NCBI GenBank assembly: GCA_021787735.1
Contig: JAJYLL010000003.1
Location: 22,699 to 86,698, forward strand
Length of the DNA stretch: 64,000 nt
Source: Acidobacteriota bacterium
GTDB lineage: Bacteria > Acidobacteriota > Terriglobia > UBA7540
Direction of reading: 5' to 3'
Both the position numbers and the translations under genes were made by a program. Below, one piece after another: positions 37,813 through 47,472 of this stretch. A model generated the notes under the pieces. The model did not search any database, was not told the origin of the DNA, and worked only from the letters and a program-made list of their open reading frames with translations. Each line of letters starts with the position of its first letter. Position 1 is the first letter of the stretch.

Positions 37813-39215
37813 TGCGCCTCCTTTTGAGGTGTCTTCGAATTCGGAATAGCTCGCGGAGCGGCTTCGCCCGGCGCGAGTGGACGTTGGACAGCATCCTCAA
37901 GCTGGCCCAACGCCTGTTGAGCCTGGCCCATGGACTGAAGCGCCACGCCCGCTGCCGCAATTCCTTGCAACTCGACTCCGTTGAGCGCAAGCCAGTCCGT
38001 TTCCCCGACGGTGACCGACTGCTTTGAGAGCGGCAGGAGGATGCGGCGGATCTGGTGCGCGGACTTTCGGGCATCCTGCCACTCACCGATAGCGGATTGG
38101 TACCGAGCGAGCGCCGCCTGGCTTTGGGCGATGGCATTGGCCTGCAGTTGCATAAGGCGTGCCGCGGCCAGCTTGCGCGCAGCCTCGGCCTGCGCAATCG
38201 GTCCTTGATTGCGGTTGAAAACGGGTAAAACAATCCCGAGGCCCGTGATGAAGTAGTTGTTGCCCTCTTCATATGCGTAGCCTGGACCAAGCTGGATGTT
38301 TGGATGCTGGCGGGCGATTTCCAGTTGAAGGGCAGCTTGGGCAGCCGTGTATTCGGCAAGAGCCTGGCGAACGTCAAGGCGGTTCAGAACGGCCTCGCGC
38401 TGGATCTTCTGGGGTGAAAGCGATGCGGCGGTCGGCAGGTCGTTAAATTCAGGCCAACTCAACCGGATTCCATCAATGGCGCTCTGCGGCACCCCGATCG
38501 CGGCGGCCAGTGCGGCGCGGTCCTGCAAGATGAGTCCGTCCGCAGTTCGCCCCGCCAGGCGCGCGTCTAGAAGACTCGTCTCGGCAGCAGCCACTGTGGG
38601 GCGTGAGGTGTCGCCTGCAACCAAGCGCACTCGCAGGCCCCGAACTTGCTGGTCCCACAATCGCTCATCGGCGTGGGTGAGTTGGGCCTGTTCCTGGTCA
38701 AACAAATATTTGACCAGCGCCGAACGAACGCCACTCCGTACTTTCCATGCCGTGGCGGCAATATTGAAGCGCGCCGCCTGGCTCAGCGCCGTAGCTTGCT
38801 TGATCTTGTACCCGCGACGCCCGGCGGTCTGAATGGGGATGTTGAAATTGAAATCCAGCACCCAGGGGCTGGGAATGCCCGGCCGCAGGCTAATCGTGGG
38901 ATTTGGCCGCTCACCGGCCGTGATGATCGCTGCCTGTGCCGCCTCTGCCTGGGCGCGCGCCACTTGCATCTGAGGATTAAAGTAGTAAGCAGCAAGTGTG
39001 AGGTCTTTCAGATTCCATGCCTGTGGAGGCCAGGTGCCAATCTTGTGTCCGAGATTTTCCTGCATGAATTGCCGCAAGCCGGTGTCATTCAACGTGCGGC
39101 GCTCCAAACGTTCCGCCGTCGCCGCCGGCATGATGGGTTTGGGGTGATAGTGAACGGCGGGCGCGCAAGCCGTAAGCGCTATCACGGCAGCTAGAGCAAG
39201 GGCGAACTGCTTCAT
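37809..39215 (-). CDS. TolC-family outer membrane efflux protein (CzcC-like)
   Basis: Lipoprotein-type signal (ALTACAP). Duplicated alpha-helical/beta-barrel repeat typical of OMF. AAGGAG precedes ATG 39215. Confidence 0.88.
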   Translation of the reverse strand: MKQFALALAAVIALTACAPAVHYHPKPIMPAATAERLERRTLNDTGLRQFMQENLGHKIGTWPPQAWNLKDLTLAAYYFNPQMQVARAQAEAAQAAIITAGERPNPTISLRPGIPSPWVLDFNFNIPIQTAGRRGYKIKQATALSQAARFNIAATAWKVRSGVRSALVKYLFDQEQAQLTHADERLWDQQVRGLRVRLVAGDTSRPTVAAAETSLLDARLAGRTADGLILQDRAALAAAIGVPQSAIDGIRLSWPEFNDLPTAASLSPQKIQREAVLNRLDVRQALAEYTAAQAALQLEIARQHPNIQLGPGYAYEEGNNYFITGLGIVLPVFNRNQGPIAQAEAARKLAAARLMQLQANAIAQSQAALARYQSAIGEWQDARKSAHQIRRILLPLSKQSVTVGETDWLALNGVELQGIAAAGVALQSMGQAQQALGQLEDAVQRPLAPGEAAPRAIPNSKTPQKEAQ

Positions 39216-39367
39216 AAGCCACGCTCCTTTCGCGTTGTTTGTGTGGAACCTTCGGCACGTAGCCGCGTTTTTCCAGGCCGCAAGCCGGGATCATTCAGTG
39301 CCGGATCGTTGACGCCGCACAGATACACTGCGGCGCGTGAAAGTGCCGGTGGGTTATGTGTGAGGGC

Positions 39368-39691
39368 CTAAATGCGAAGCGGGACAGGCGGGCCATGGCT
39401 TGCTTGCGAAGGGACACAGAAACAAGGCGCGGGAACCAACGGGGACAGGCAGGTAATAAAACCAAGAGCCGTGTGCGAAAATGCCCGGAAACGGTCACGC
39501 AGGTTGCGGCTCTGCCACAATGCCACGGCGAAGCCGGCAACCATCATGACGGTGATCCCACTGGCGGCCCGATCCATGTCGGACATCGTCTGGCGCGGCG
39601 AGTCCCAGAAGTCCACCACGGGGTCAACAGGACCCCAAATGTACCAGGCCAACCACAGCAGGACTAATATGCGCAGAATACGCCGTTTCAT
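39368..39691 (-). CDS. hypothetical 2-TM membrane protein heading the RND operon
   Basis: MKRRILRILVLLWLAWYIWGPV... and ...GITVMMVAGFAVALW helices. A sigma70-like promoter lies just upstream. No family recognised. Confidence 0.45.
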   Translation of the reverse strand: MKRRILRILVLLWLAWYIWGPVDPVVDFWDSPRQTMSDMDRAASGITVMMVAGFAVALWQSRNLRDRFRAFSHTALGFITCLSPLVPAPCFCVPSQASHGPPVPLRI

Positions 39692-39711
39692 TAGGATGCC
39701 CCTGAATAGTC

Positions 39712-39740
39712 ATCATACAACTGTTAGGCAGCCAAAGCAA
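39712..39740 (-). promoter_or_regulatory. candidate sigma70 promoter TTGCTT-N17-TATGAT
   Basis: On the minus strand, TTGCTT is at 39740-39735 and TATGAT at 39717-39712, about 20 nt upstream of ATG 39691. Confidence 0.4.
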
Positions 39741-39971
39741 AGAGGAGGCAGGCGGGTTGCAAGCGATGGGTTTACTTGCGGAGCCTCTCATAATAGGCTA
39801 CATTCTGCGCCGTTTGCGCCCTGAATGGGACGCATGGGATTTTCAGCTTTCAAAATTGCAATTTTGCAAGTTATTGATTTAATGGCACTTGGAAAATTTT
39901 AATGCTTGGAAAATAGTAGCCGGCAAAAAAGTTGTCCTATTCATGAACAGCCAGCAAAAATTGCACTCTGA

Positions 39972-41069
39972 TCAGAAAGTCACAAATCGCACGCATGCCG
40001 GCGAGTTGACGATCGCCGTCTCGCCCGTCGCAGTCAGTCTGCCCGTCTTCCGGTCAATAGCGAACATCGCCACGGCATTCGACTCCTGGTTGGCCACAAG
40101 AAGGTAGCGGCCTGTTGGATCGATGGCAAAGTGGCGCGGCCAGTGGCCGCCGGTCGGCACCTGCTCAATAGGCGTCAGCGTTCCCTTCTTCGGGTCGGCC
40201 GCAAACACCGAGATGCTGTCATGCCCGCGGTTCGATCCGTAGACGAATTTCCCGTTCGGACTCACCACTACTTCGGCGCAGTCACTTTGCTTGCGATAAC
40301 TTTTCGGCAGCGTCGAAATGGTCTGCAGCTTTCGCAGAGTTCCGCGGGCCGCGTCGTAGGCGAACGTTGTGATATTCGACTTCATTTCTCCGATGACGTA
40401 AACAAACCGGCCGTTCTTCGCAAACTTGATGTGCCGTGGACCGGACCCCGCATTGACCGTTGCATAGGCAGGATTGTTGGGAACAAGCGTGCCGGTCTTT
40501 TCGTCAAAGCGATAGACGAACACCTTGTCGAGTCCAAGGTCCGCCGCAATGGCGTAGCGGTTGTCTGGCGACACGTTGATAGAGTGCGCGTGCGGGCCTT
40601 CCTGCCGCGCCGGATTCACACCCGAGCCGGCATACTGATCGATCGCGGTCACCTTGCCGAGCCGGCCGTCTTTGCGCACCGCAATCACCTGCACGCTACC
40701 GCTGCCGTAGTTGGCCACCATTGCGTAACGGCCCATCTTGTCGAGCGCCACGTAGCAGGGGATCGTGCCTCCGGACGCGACCTCATTGAGAAACCGAAGT
40801 TTCCCTGTCCGCCGATTAATAGCAAACGCTTTGACCGCGCCGCCCTTTCTACCCTCATGTCGCGTGACCTCCTTGGTCGCATAAAGGAACCGCCCGTCGC
40901 AGCTGACCGTGACGTATGTTGGATTGATAGCTTCCGTTGCAAGTCCCAGCGACGCCAGCCGGCCTGCAGCGGCGTCAAATCGAAATGCGTGAATGCCTTT
41001 CCCCTTGGCCTTGTTGTAAGACCCGACGTAAACGAGAAACTCGTTCTTGCTTCTGGTGTGCACGGCCAT
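39972..41069 (-). CDS. lactonase, 7-bladed beta-propeller (6-phosphogluconolactonase-like) family
   Basis: VYVGSY...GI..F.FD...G.L, YVT.S.DGRFLYA, VALDKMGRYAMVANYGSGSV, SPDNRYAIAADLG.DKV.VY.FD, GPRH..F..NG.FVYV. ATG 41069 preceded by GAGG. No signal peptide. Confidence 0.85.
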   Translation of the reverse strand: MAVHTRSKNEFLVYVGSYNKAKGKGIHAFRFDAAAGRLASLGLATEAINPTYVTVSCDGRFLYATKEVTRHEGRKGGAVKAFAINRRTGKLRFLNEVASGGTIPCYVALDKMGRYAMVANYGSGSVQVIAVRKDGRLGKVTAIDQYAGSGVNPARQEGPHAHSINVSPDNRYAIAADLGLDKVFVYRFDEKTGTLVPNNPAYATVNAGSGPRHIKFAKNGRFVYVIGEMKSNITTFAYDAARGTLRKLQTISTLPKSYRKQSDCAEVVVSPNGKFVYGSNRGHDSISVFAADPKKGTLTPIEQVPTGGHWPRHFAIDPTGRYLLVANQESNAVAMFAIDRKTGRLTATGETAIVNSPACVRFVTF

Positions 41070-41248
41070 TTGAACCTCGCGCAAAAGAAGATGTCGGCGC
41101 TCTTACTGCAAACCTTCGCAGAGCAGACGTCAGCGCTATTTATAAATGATGAGGGAGCCTGCGTGCAACCGCTTGGCCGCAACTGCGTTCGCAACCCGCG
41201 GGAAATGTGGGAAGCCCTGAGCAGTTATTACAGAAACGGATGGATTCG

Positions 41249-41887
41249 TCAGGCGGATGTCTTGGTCCCGCCGACTCCCAGCCGGGCAAGCACTGGTTCC
41301 GGGCAGCCGTTCCACTTGTCCTGCGGCTCGTTGCCGACATAAGGCAGGTCGCGAATCCCCGCCTGGCTGGTGAAGAAACCGCTGACGACAAGGTCGCGAA
41401 GCGTGTTGAAGAAGGCGACGGCGCTAGCGTCCTCAGGCGCAGCTTTCTTTGGGTAGGCAATGCGGTCAAGGATCTGCTTGTGCCGCGCGGCAGAGCAATC
41501 GGCAAAGTCGCAATTGAAAGACCGGTTGCTCTCCATGTCGAGCCACGTGAGCCCGCCGCAAATCTGGTCGAGGAGGGTTCCCCGCTTCAGGTCCAGCCAG
41601 TCGTCGATAAACTCCGGAACGCGGGCCTGCGTTGCGCTGCCTGAACGACCGTCAGCGGGAATGATCAGGTCCGAAAGAATGCGTAGCGTTTTCCACTCGT
41701 GAGGATTCAGGGTCTTGGGATGTTCGGGCACGCGGCCCTGCGCCGCGGTCTGTTGCGGAGCCGCGTCTGCTACCTGCGACGCGAATGGCGCAACCGATAC
41801 CAGCGCCGCCGCCGGCATGCCCGTCATCAGTTTCAAAATGTCACGACGTTCAAAACGAACACCGTTGGATATTTTCTTCCGGTTCAT
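41249..41887 (-). CDS. gluconate 2-dehydrogenase subunit 3 family protein (Tat signal)
   Basis: Twin-arginine leader FERRDILKLMTGMPAAALV. Conserved L..L.D.IIP.D......A....V.EFID. GAGGAGGAGAG precedes the ATG. Confidence 0.85.
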   Translation of the reverse strand: MNRKKISNGVRFERRDILKLMTGMPAAALVSVAPFASQVADAAPQQTAAQGRVPEHPKTLNPHEWKTLRILSDLIIPADGRSGSATQARVPEFIDDWLDLKRGTLLDQICGGLTWLDMESNRSFNCDFADCSAARHKQILDRIAYPKKAAPEDASAVAFFNTLRDLVVSGFFTSQAGIRDLPYVGNEPQDKWNGCPEPVLARLGVGGTKTSA

Positions 41888-41917
41888 CTCTCCTCCTCAG
41901 GCAGCTGCCAACTCGGC

Positions 41918-43624
41918 TTACACATTCCCTTTCTTCACCTGGTCCGCGATGTAATCCGACGTTCTCCACGCAAGTGCCATGATGGTCAGCGTGGGATTCT
42001 TGTCCGCCAGACCGACGAACGGTGCGCCGTCAGCAACAAAGAGGTTTTTGCAATCCCACGCCTGACAGCGCGAATTGAGGACTGATGTCTTTGCGTCGTC
42101 GCCCATGCGCGCGCCGCCGACTTCATGAATGCCCTGCCCGCCCGCTGAAATTCCCCACTGCCGTTCCGGCCCTGCGGATTCGAACACCTTACCTCCTGCG
42201 GCCTTTACGATCTCCTGGAAGGTTTCCTGCATGTGGCGCGCCATCAGGATTTCATCCTGCCCCCACTTGAAGTGGAACTTCAGAACCGGAATGCCCCACT
42301 GGTCCACAACGTTGTTGTCGATTTCGCAGTAGCTGTCTTTATTGGGAATCATCTCGCCGCGGCCGTGCAGGCTGACGAAGGCGCCGTACAGCTTGCGGCA
42401 ATCCTGCTTCAGTTTTTCTCCGTACCCGCCGCCCACCAGTTGCTCCGTGCCGCTCAGGATGCCCGGCATCGGCATTCCGCGCCGCCCTCCGCCAAACTCA
42501 ATGTGGTAGCCGCGAGAGAAAGGCAACTCATTCCTCTTCTGTTCTTGAAGGTTCCACCACGGCATGTAGAGATGCATTCCTCCCACACCGTCTTCGTTAT
42601 GCGCAGGCAGGTCCATCATTTTTGGCACAAACCCGCTGACGTCGCTCATCACGGTGTCCATCAGGTATCTGCCCACCAGACCGCTCGAGTTCGCCAAGCC
42701 ATTCGGCGAGCTGCTGCTGCGCGAGTTCAGCAGCAGGCGGGCCGTCTCGCAGGAGCTTGCCGCAAGGACGATCACTTTCCCCTTCACCTGAACTTCCTTG
42801 CGCGTCGTCTTGTCGATGTAGGAAACGCCGGTGGCGCGTCCGTCCGGCCCGGTCAGCACTTCACGAACCATGGCATTGGTCCGAATCTCCAGATTCCCCG
42901 TCATCTGCGCCGGCGTGATCATAACAACGGGCGACGAATAGTTTGAACCCAGCCGGCAGCAGCGCCCGCATTGTCCAACGTAGTGGCACTCGGGTCGCCC
43001 ATTAAGCGGCTTGGTCAGAATCGCCAGGCGTGATGGGATGCAGGGAATATTCAGTTTCCGGCACGCCTGCTGGACCAGCAGTTCGTAACACCTTGGCGCA
43101 GGTGGGGGAAGAAACTTGCCGTCTGGGAGATTTTCGATTCCTTCCGCCGATCCAAAGACTCCGATCAGTTCTTCGGTCTTGTCATAGTAAGGGGCCAATT
43201 CTTCGTAAGTGATCGGCCAGTCGAAACCCTTGCCATCGCGGCTGTGCGGCTTAAAATCGTAGGGGCCGTTGCGAAGTGAGATACGGCCCCAGGAATTGGT
43301 CCGGCCTCCCAGCATCCGTGACCGGAACCACATCCAGTCAGTCCCCGGGGCACTCAGGTAAGGCTCTCCGGCAACCTGCCAGCCGCCCACGGCCGCCAGA
43401 AAGTAATCCTGGGGGTCCGTATAATTTCCACCGCCGTGGTAGGGAGCGTTGTATTCCCATTCCAGCCACTTGGAATCCCTGGCCGCATCGTACCAGCCGC
43501 CGGCTTCCAGCATCAGACACTTTGCGCCGGCTTTCGTCAGGTTGTAGGCCACCGTCCCGCCACCCGCACCCGAGCCCACGATGATCACGTCATACGGATT
43601 GGCGGTTGAAATGGTTTGCGGCAT
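41918..43624 (-). CDS. GMC family FAD-dependent oxidoreductase
   Basis: YDVIIVGSGAGGG Rossmann motif right after ATG 43624 (GGAGAA upstream). GMC C-terminal pattern HEVGGARMG....SV.N......D..NLFV.DG. The track start 43702 is over-extended. Confidence 0.9.
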   Translation of the reverse strand: MPQTISTANPYDVIIVGSGAGGGTVAYNLTKAGAKCLMLEAGGWYDAARDSKWLEWEYNAPYHGGGNYTDPQDYFLAAVGGWQVAGEPYLSAPGTDWMWFRSRMLGGRTNSWGRISLRNGPYDFKPHSRDGKGFDWPITYEELAPYYDKTEELIGVFGSAEGIENLPDGKFLPPPAPRCYELLVQQACRKLNIPCIPSRLAILTKPLNGRPECHYVGQCGRCCRLGSNYSSPVVMITPAQMTGNLEIRTNAMVREVLTGPDGRATGVSYIDKTTRKEVQVKGKVIVLAASSCETARLLLNSRSSSSPNGLANSSGLVGRYLMDTVMSDVSGFVPKMMDLPAHNEDGVGGMHLYMPWWNLQEQKRNELPFSRGYHIEFGGGRRGMPMPGILSGTEQLVGGGYGEKLKQDCRKLYGAFVSLHGRGEMIPNKDSYCEIDNNVVDQWGIPVLKFHFKWGQDEILMARHMQETFQEIVKAAGGKVFESAGPERQWGISAGGQGIHEVGGARMGDDAKTSVLNSRCQAWDCKNLFVADGAPFVGLADKNPTLTIMALAWRTSDYIADQVKKGNV

Positions 43625-43705
43625 CGTTTTCTCCTGAAAATCAGATCGTTTCCCCGCTGCCGTGGCGCGCAACACGCTGTCGCCCACCGCGCAAGCCGGC
43701 ATTAA

Positions 43706-44926
43706 TTACTGGAGGTGAACCAGGCAAGCCTCGGCGCGGTTGTCTCCCTGGCTGTCAAACGAAATCGTTCCGGAAACCCCCGCAAAATTCCTGGTGGCCG
43801 AGACGTGATCGCGTACTCGGGCGCGGTTGGGTCCGGCATCACGCACGGCCTGTGCCACCAACCAAACGGCGTCGTAAGCCTCAAAGGCAACGGGACTCGG
43901 CCGCGCCCCAGTGGCCGCCTGGAAGCGGCGTGCAAAACTTTCACGGGAAGGCGTAGCATCCAATGCGGATGCCACCGTGTAAATGCCTACGCCCGAGGCA
44001 TCCTTTATGCCCGCCGTATTCAGGCGGTGAAATTCGAGTCCGGAACCCTTCTGCGCCGTCTCCTGTGATAGATAGATGGGCGCGTGGATTCCGACCGAGT
44101 GAAGGGCTTCCAGAAGTTTTCGGCCAATGTCGGCCTCTGTCCAAAACACGAATGCCTGAGGCGGTTGCTTCTTGATAAGCTTAAGCAGGGAGCCGGCGTC
44201 CGGCTGCAAAGGATTAATCATTACGGACGCCGGGGCCGGAGCGCCCAACTCTCGTGCGGCCTGGACAAATTCCTGTTCGCCTATGCGCCCATCATGGTCG
44301 CGTTCGGTAACCAGCACGACGTGCTGGAACCCGCGCGTGCGGTAGATATCACGGGCAATCAGGCGAGCCTGCTGAGTGTCGCTCGGGCCCAGGCGAAAAA
44401 TCCAAGGCAGATTGATCTGGGTCGTTGTCGGATCAGAGGAGAGCGTCAGGGTGGGAACACCGATCTTGTTGCCGATCTGCTCGCTCAGGTGCGCCGCCAC
44501 TCCATCAGCGCCGGTTACAATTGCAACGACTTTTTGCTGAATGACAAGGTGAATGATCTCGTCGTCGAGGATCCCCCAGGGGGGGACGCTCTCATCAGCG
44601 ATATCGAGAGAAAGATGAAGACCTCCTGGCAATGGCTCTCTCTGCGCATCAGCAAGCGCCATTTTCGCCGCCTGGACAATGGCCTCCCCATCGGCCTGCT
44701 GCGGACCGTGCATGGGCGCGAGAAGGCCGATGCGGATGGTCGGCCCTGCAAGATTGAAGGCGGCTTCTCTCCCCGGCCCCGCATACGTCACGCCGCTTGA
44801 CGCTATGGAGGCGTAGGGAACCTTGGGCGGACTCTGCTGCGCAAGGAGAAGTGTGGCGCCGACAAACAACGCGGTGGCGATTGTGCACCCCAGACACTTC
44901 CTCAAACTGTCGAACGATTCTCGCAT
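43706..44926 (-). CDS. periplasmic ABC-type substrate-binding protein (LivJ/K-like, Peripla_BP_6)
   Basis: Signal peptide, then IRIGLLAPM.G......G..I..A...A..D. The two-lobe type I PBP pattern is clear. Start is ATG 44926 or 44974. Confidence 0.85.
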   Translation of the reverse strand: MRESFDSLRKCLGCTIATALFVGATLLLAQQSPPKVPYASIASSGVTYAGPGREAAFNLAGPTIRIGLLAPMHGPQQADGEAIVQAAKMALADAQREPLPGGLHLSLDIADESVPPWGILDDEIIHLVIQQKVVAIVTGADGVAAHLSEQIGNKIGVPTLTLSSDPTTTQINLPWIFRLGPSDTQQARLIARDIYRTRGFQHVVLVTERDHDGRIGEQEFVQAARELGAPAPASVMINPLQPDAGSLLKLIKKQPPQAFVFWTEADIGRKLLEALHSVGIHAPIYLSQETAQKGSGLEFHRLNTAGIKDASGVGIYTVASALDATPSRESFARRFQAATGARPSPVAFEAYDAVWLVAQAVRDAGPNRARVRDHVSATRNFAGVSGTISFDSQGDNRAEACLVHLQ

Positions 44927-44981
44927 ATGGACTTCAAAAAGGGCCGTCAGACAACCAGGGGAAGCCTGATCCATCCTCTCC

Positions 44982-46406
44982 TTAGCGCATGGCGTTTAAC
45001 GGGTCGCCGTTTTTCCAATCCGTCCGCTGCTCAGGCCAGTAGACAAAGTGTCCGTCTCTGACCTCGGCAAAAGTCATCGGCGCAATGTTGTTCAATGTGT
45101 AGTCGAAAAACGCGGTTCCGCTCACGCCCTGGTATCGCTTCATTTCATAGTCGCGCAAGGCATCCATGATAAGGGCACGGTTCAGCCCGGCTTTGCGAAT
45201 CGCCGCGATGAGCATATTGGTGCCGTCGTACGCATAAGCAGCGTACGCGTCAGGCTCTTCGTGATAGCGATCAAGATATTGGCGCCGGAACGCGAGCCAT
45301 TCCGGGTTATTCCGATCAGGATTGATAGCGGAAAGCGCGAACAGACCGTTTGCAGCCGAACCAGCAATCTTAATGACTGAAGGATAAGCTATTCTGCTGC
45401 TTCCAAAAACCGGCTGGTTCATTCCCATCGCGCGCATCTGCTTCAGGATTAACGCTGCATCGGGTGCGTTGCCCCATAGAACCAAACCATCAATTCCGAA
45501 TCCCTTAAGCGTTCGCAACTGCTCTGAAAAATCCTTTGCTCCTCGTATATACTTCACCGCCACAACGGGCTGGTGTCCCAAGCGGCGAGCGCTGTTGAAG
45601 AATTCCTCGAACCCCATACGACCGTAGTGGCTGTTTTCGCGTAATAAGCCGACACGATGGAGCTTACGCTGGTTAAAAACATAATCGGCAAGAGCGTAAC
45701 CTTGCTGGCGATCGTCAGGGTAATTGTGGATCAGCCATGGAATGCGGGTTTCGGTAACGGTCGGGTCGGTCGTGGCTGTGTCGATGATGGGGACTTGGAG
45801 TTTCAAGGTAACGCGTAGCGCGATGTGGGTCGAGGCTGAATTAATCCCACCAACCATCGCCCAAACGTGCTGCTTGTAATACATATCCACGATGGCCATC
45901 GAAGCATTTCCCCAAAGTGGCGCATCATCGTAAACCTTCAAAGAGAATGGTTTTCCTTTGTAACCCCCTTGGGCGTTCGCGTTGTCAATGGCCAATTCAG
46001 TGCCGTGTAACATGTGAATTCCGTAAAGTGAATTGGGATTCCCTTCGGCGAGCAGGCTGGAAGGTGCGGTGGGCGGCGCGTTCCATGAGCCCCCATAAAC
46101 CTTGTAGGGAGTGGGGGCTTGGTCTAGCGGGCCCAAAAAGCCGATGTTGATCGTCTTCAGTGTGTTCAAGGCGGGCTCGGGAATGCTTCGTGCCGCGCCG
46201 TCATATTCCAGAGTGCTGGGGTCAAGATACCAGTTGTAGTAAGGCTTGCGAAACCGTCCGTAAGGCACCGCCGAAGGCGGCATGTTGGCATAACGCATCT
46301 TTTCCTGCGGTTTCTCCTGCGCAGGCGCCGAGGAAGGCGCCTGTGACCATACGGGCGTTGCCATCAGGCAGAATAGAACCACGACAAGTGTTCTGATCTT
46401 CATCAC
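44982..46406 (-). CDS. periplasmic ABC-type substrate-binding protein (LivJ/K-like, Peripla_BP_6), second copy
   Basis: Clear signal peptide MMKIRTLVVVLFCLMATPVWSQA. INIGFLGPL, then a type I PBP fold pattern. Confidence 0.85.
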   Translation of the reverse strand: MMKIRTLVVVLFCLMATPVWSQAPSSAPAQEKPQEKMRYANMPPSAVPYGRFRKPYYNWYLDPSTLEYDGAARSIPEPALNTLKTINIGFLGPLDQAPTPYKVYGGSWNAPPTAPSSLLAEGNPNSLYGIHMLHGTELAIDNANAQGGYKGKPFSLKVYDDAPLWGNASMAIVDMYYKQHVWAMVGGINSASTHIALRVTLKLQVPIIDTATTDPTVTETRIPWLIHNYPDDRQQGYALADYVFNQRKLHRVGLLRENSHYGRMGFEEFFNSARRLGHQPVVAVKYIRGAKDFSEQLRTLKGFGIDGLVLWGNAPDAALILKQMRAMGMNQPVFGSSRIAYPSVIKIAGSAANGLFALSAINPDRNNPEWLAFRRQYLDRYHEEPDAYAAYAYDGTNMLIAAIRKAGLNRALIMDALRDYEMKRYQGVSGTAFFDYTLNNIAPMTFAEVRDGHFVYWPEQRTDWKNGDPLNAMR

Positions 46407-46455
46407 TACCAGCCTCCCGCCGCTTGAAACTGAAAGCTGCTGCCGTCACGATTCC

Positions 46456-47343
46456 CTACGCAACGTGCGCTTTCTCCAGTTTGCTTTCCACGCGCCCGCA
46501 GGCATACCGGACGATTCTGCCCAGCGTTGTGGGATCAATTGCCTGTAATGCGTCACACCGGGGCAGCCCGGATGTGAAGTCCGCCACTTCGATGATCAGT
46601 CCCTGGCTGCCAAACTCGATGGCCGCCCGACTGGCGGGCTCGACCATCGCAGCTACACCCGTGGCGTGGCTTGGGTCCACGATCACCGGCAGAAAAGTAT
46701 GCGCCCTCACTGCGGGGATGACATTCAGGTCCAGCACGTAACGTGAGTATTCGCCGCTTGCGAAGGCCTTGATGCCGCGCTCGCACAGGACGATATCCAG
46801 GTTGCCCTGCTCGGCAATATATTCCGCCGCACCCAGCCACTCCACCAGGCTGGCGGCCATTCCTCTCTTCAGCAGGATGGGTTTGCCCGCGCGACCGGCT
46901 TCAGCCAGCAGCGAGTAGTTCTGCATGTTGCGCGAACCAATCTGGATCATGTCCGCGTATTCCGCAACCTGTTCCACTAGGCGAGTGTCCATCACTTCGG
47001 TCACCACCGGCAGGCCAGTTTCTTCACGCGCCTTGCTCAAGATGCGGAGGCCACCCTTGCCTGTACCCTGAAAATCGTGCGGAGACGTGCGAGGCTTGTA
47101 TGCTCCTCCACGTAACATGTCCGCGCCGGCCCGCTGGACCGCCCGGGCCACGCTGAGCGTTTGTTCCTCGTTTTCTACGGCGCAGGGACCGCCAATCACC
47201 ACCGGCCGGTCGCCGCCGAAACGCACACCGCGCACCTCAACCACCCGGGTGTCCGTCTCGCCATATTCCGGGTGACTTGCGCGGCACAAGAACGGACAGA
47301 TGCGCGGCAGATCAGAAAGGCTGACTTGTCCCGCAACCTTCAT
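46456..47343 (-). CDS. aroF: 3-deoxy-7-phosphoheptulonate (DAHP) synthase, type I-beta
   Basis: VIGGPCAVENEEQ, RGGAYKPRTSP..FQG, IGSRNMQN and VDPSH are DAHPS/KDO8PS-family motifs. Confidence 0.88.
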   Translation of the reverse strand: MKVAGQVSLSDLPRICPFLCRASHPEYGETDTRVVEVRGVRFGGDRPVVIGGPCAVENEEQTLSVARAVQRAGADMLRGGAYKPRTSPHDFQGTGKGGLRILSKAREETGLPVVTEVMDTRLVEQVAEYADMIQIGSRNMQNYSLLAEAGRAGKPILLKRGMAASLVEWLGAAEYIAEQGNLDIVLCERGIKAFASGEYSRYVLDLNVIPAVRAHTFLPVIVDPSHATGVAAMVEPASRAAIEFGSQGLIIEVADFTSGLPRCDALQAIDPTTLGRIVRYACGRVESKLEKAHVA

Positions 47344-47472
47344 GATTGCCCTCCTTTACCCGACTTGACACAATCAACAGGAACGGCTCGCGGAAAAGTA
47401 TCCGTCGGGCAGGCCCTTGCGGCGTTTCAAGTTCGCGGCGCCACAAAGGGCGCACGGCGCGAGTCCCTGCAG

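Noticed and set aside
39883-39900. TGGCAC hexamer suggesting a sigma54 -24 element
   Set aside because: There is no TTGC-type -12 element at the required 4-5 nt spacing (the sequence continues TTGGAAAATTT). The orientation also points at the 3' end of the lactonase gene.
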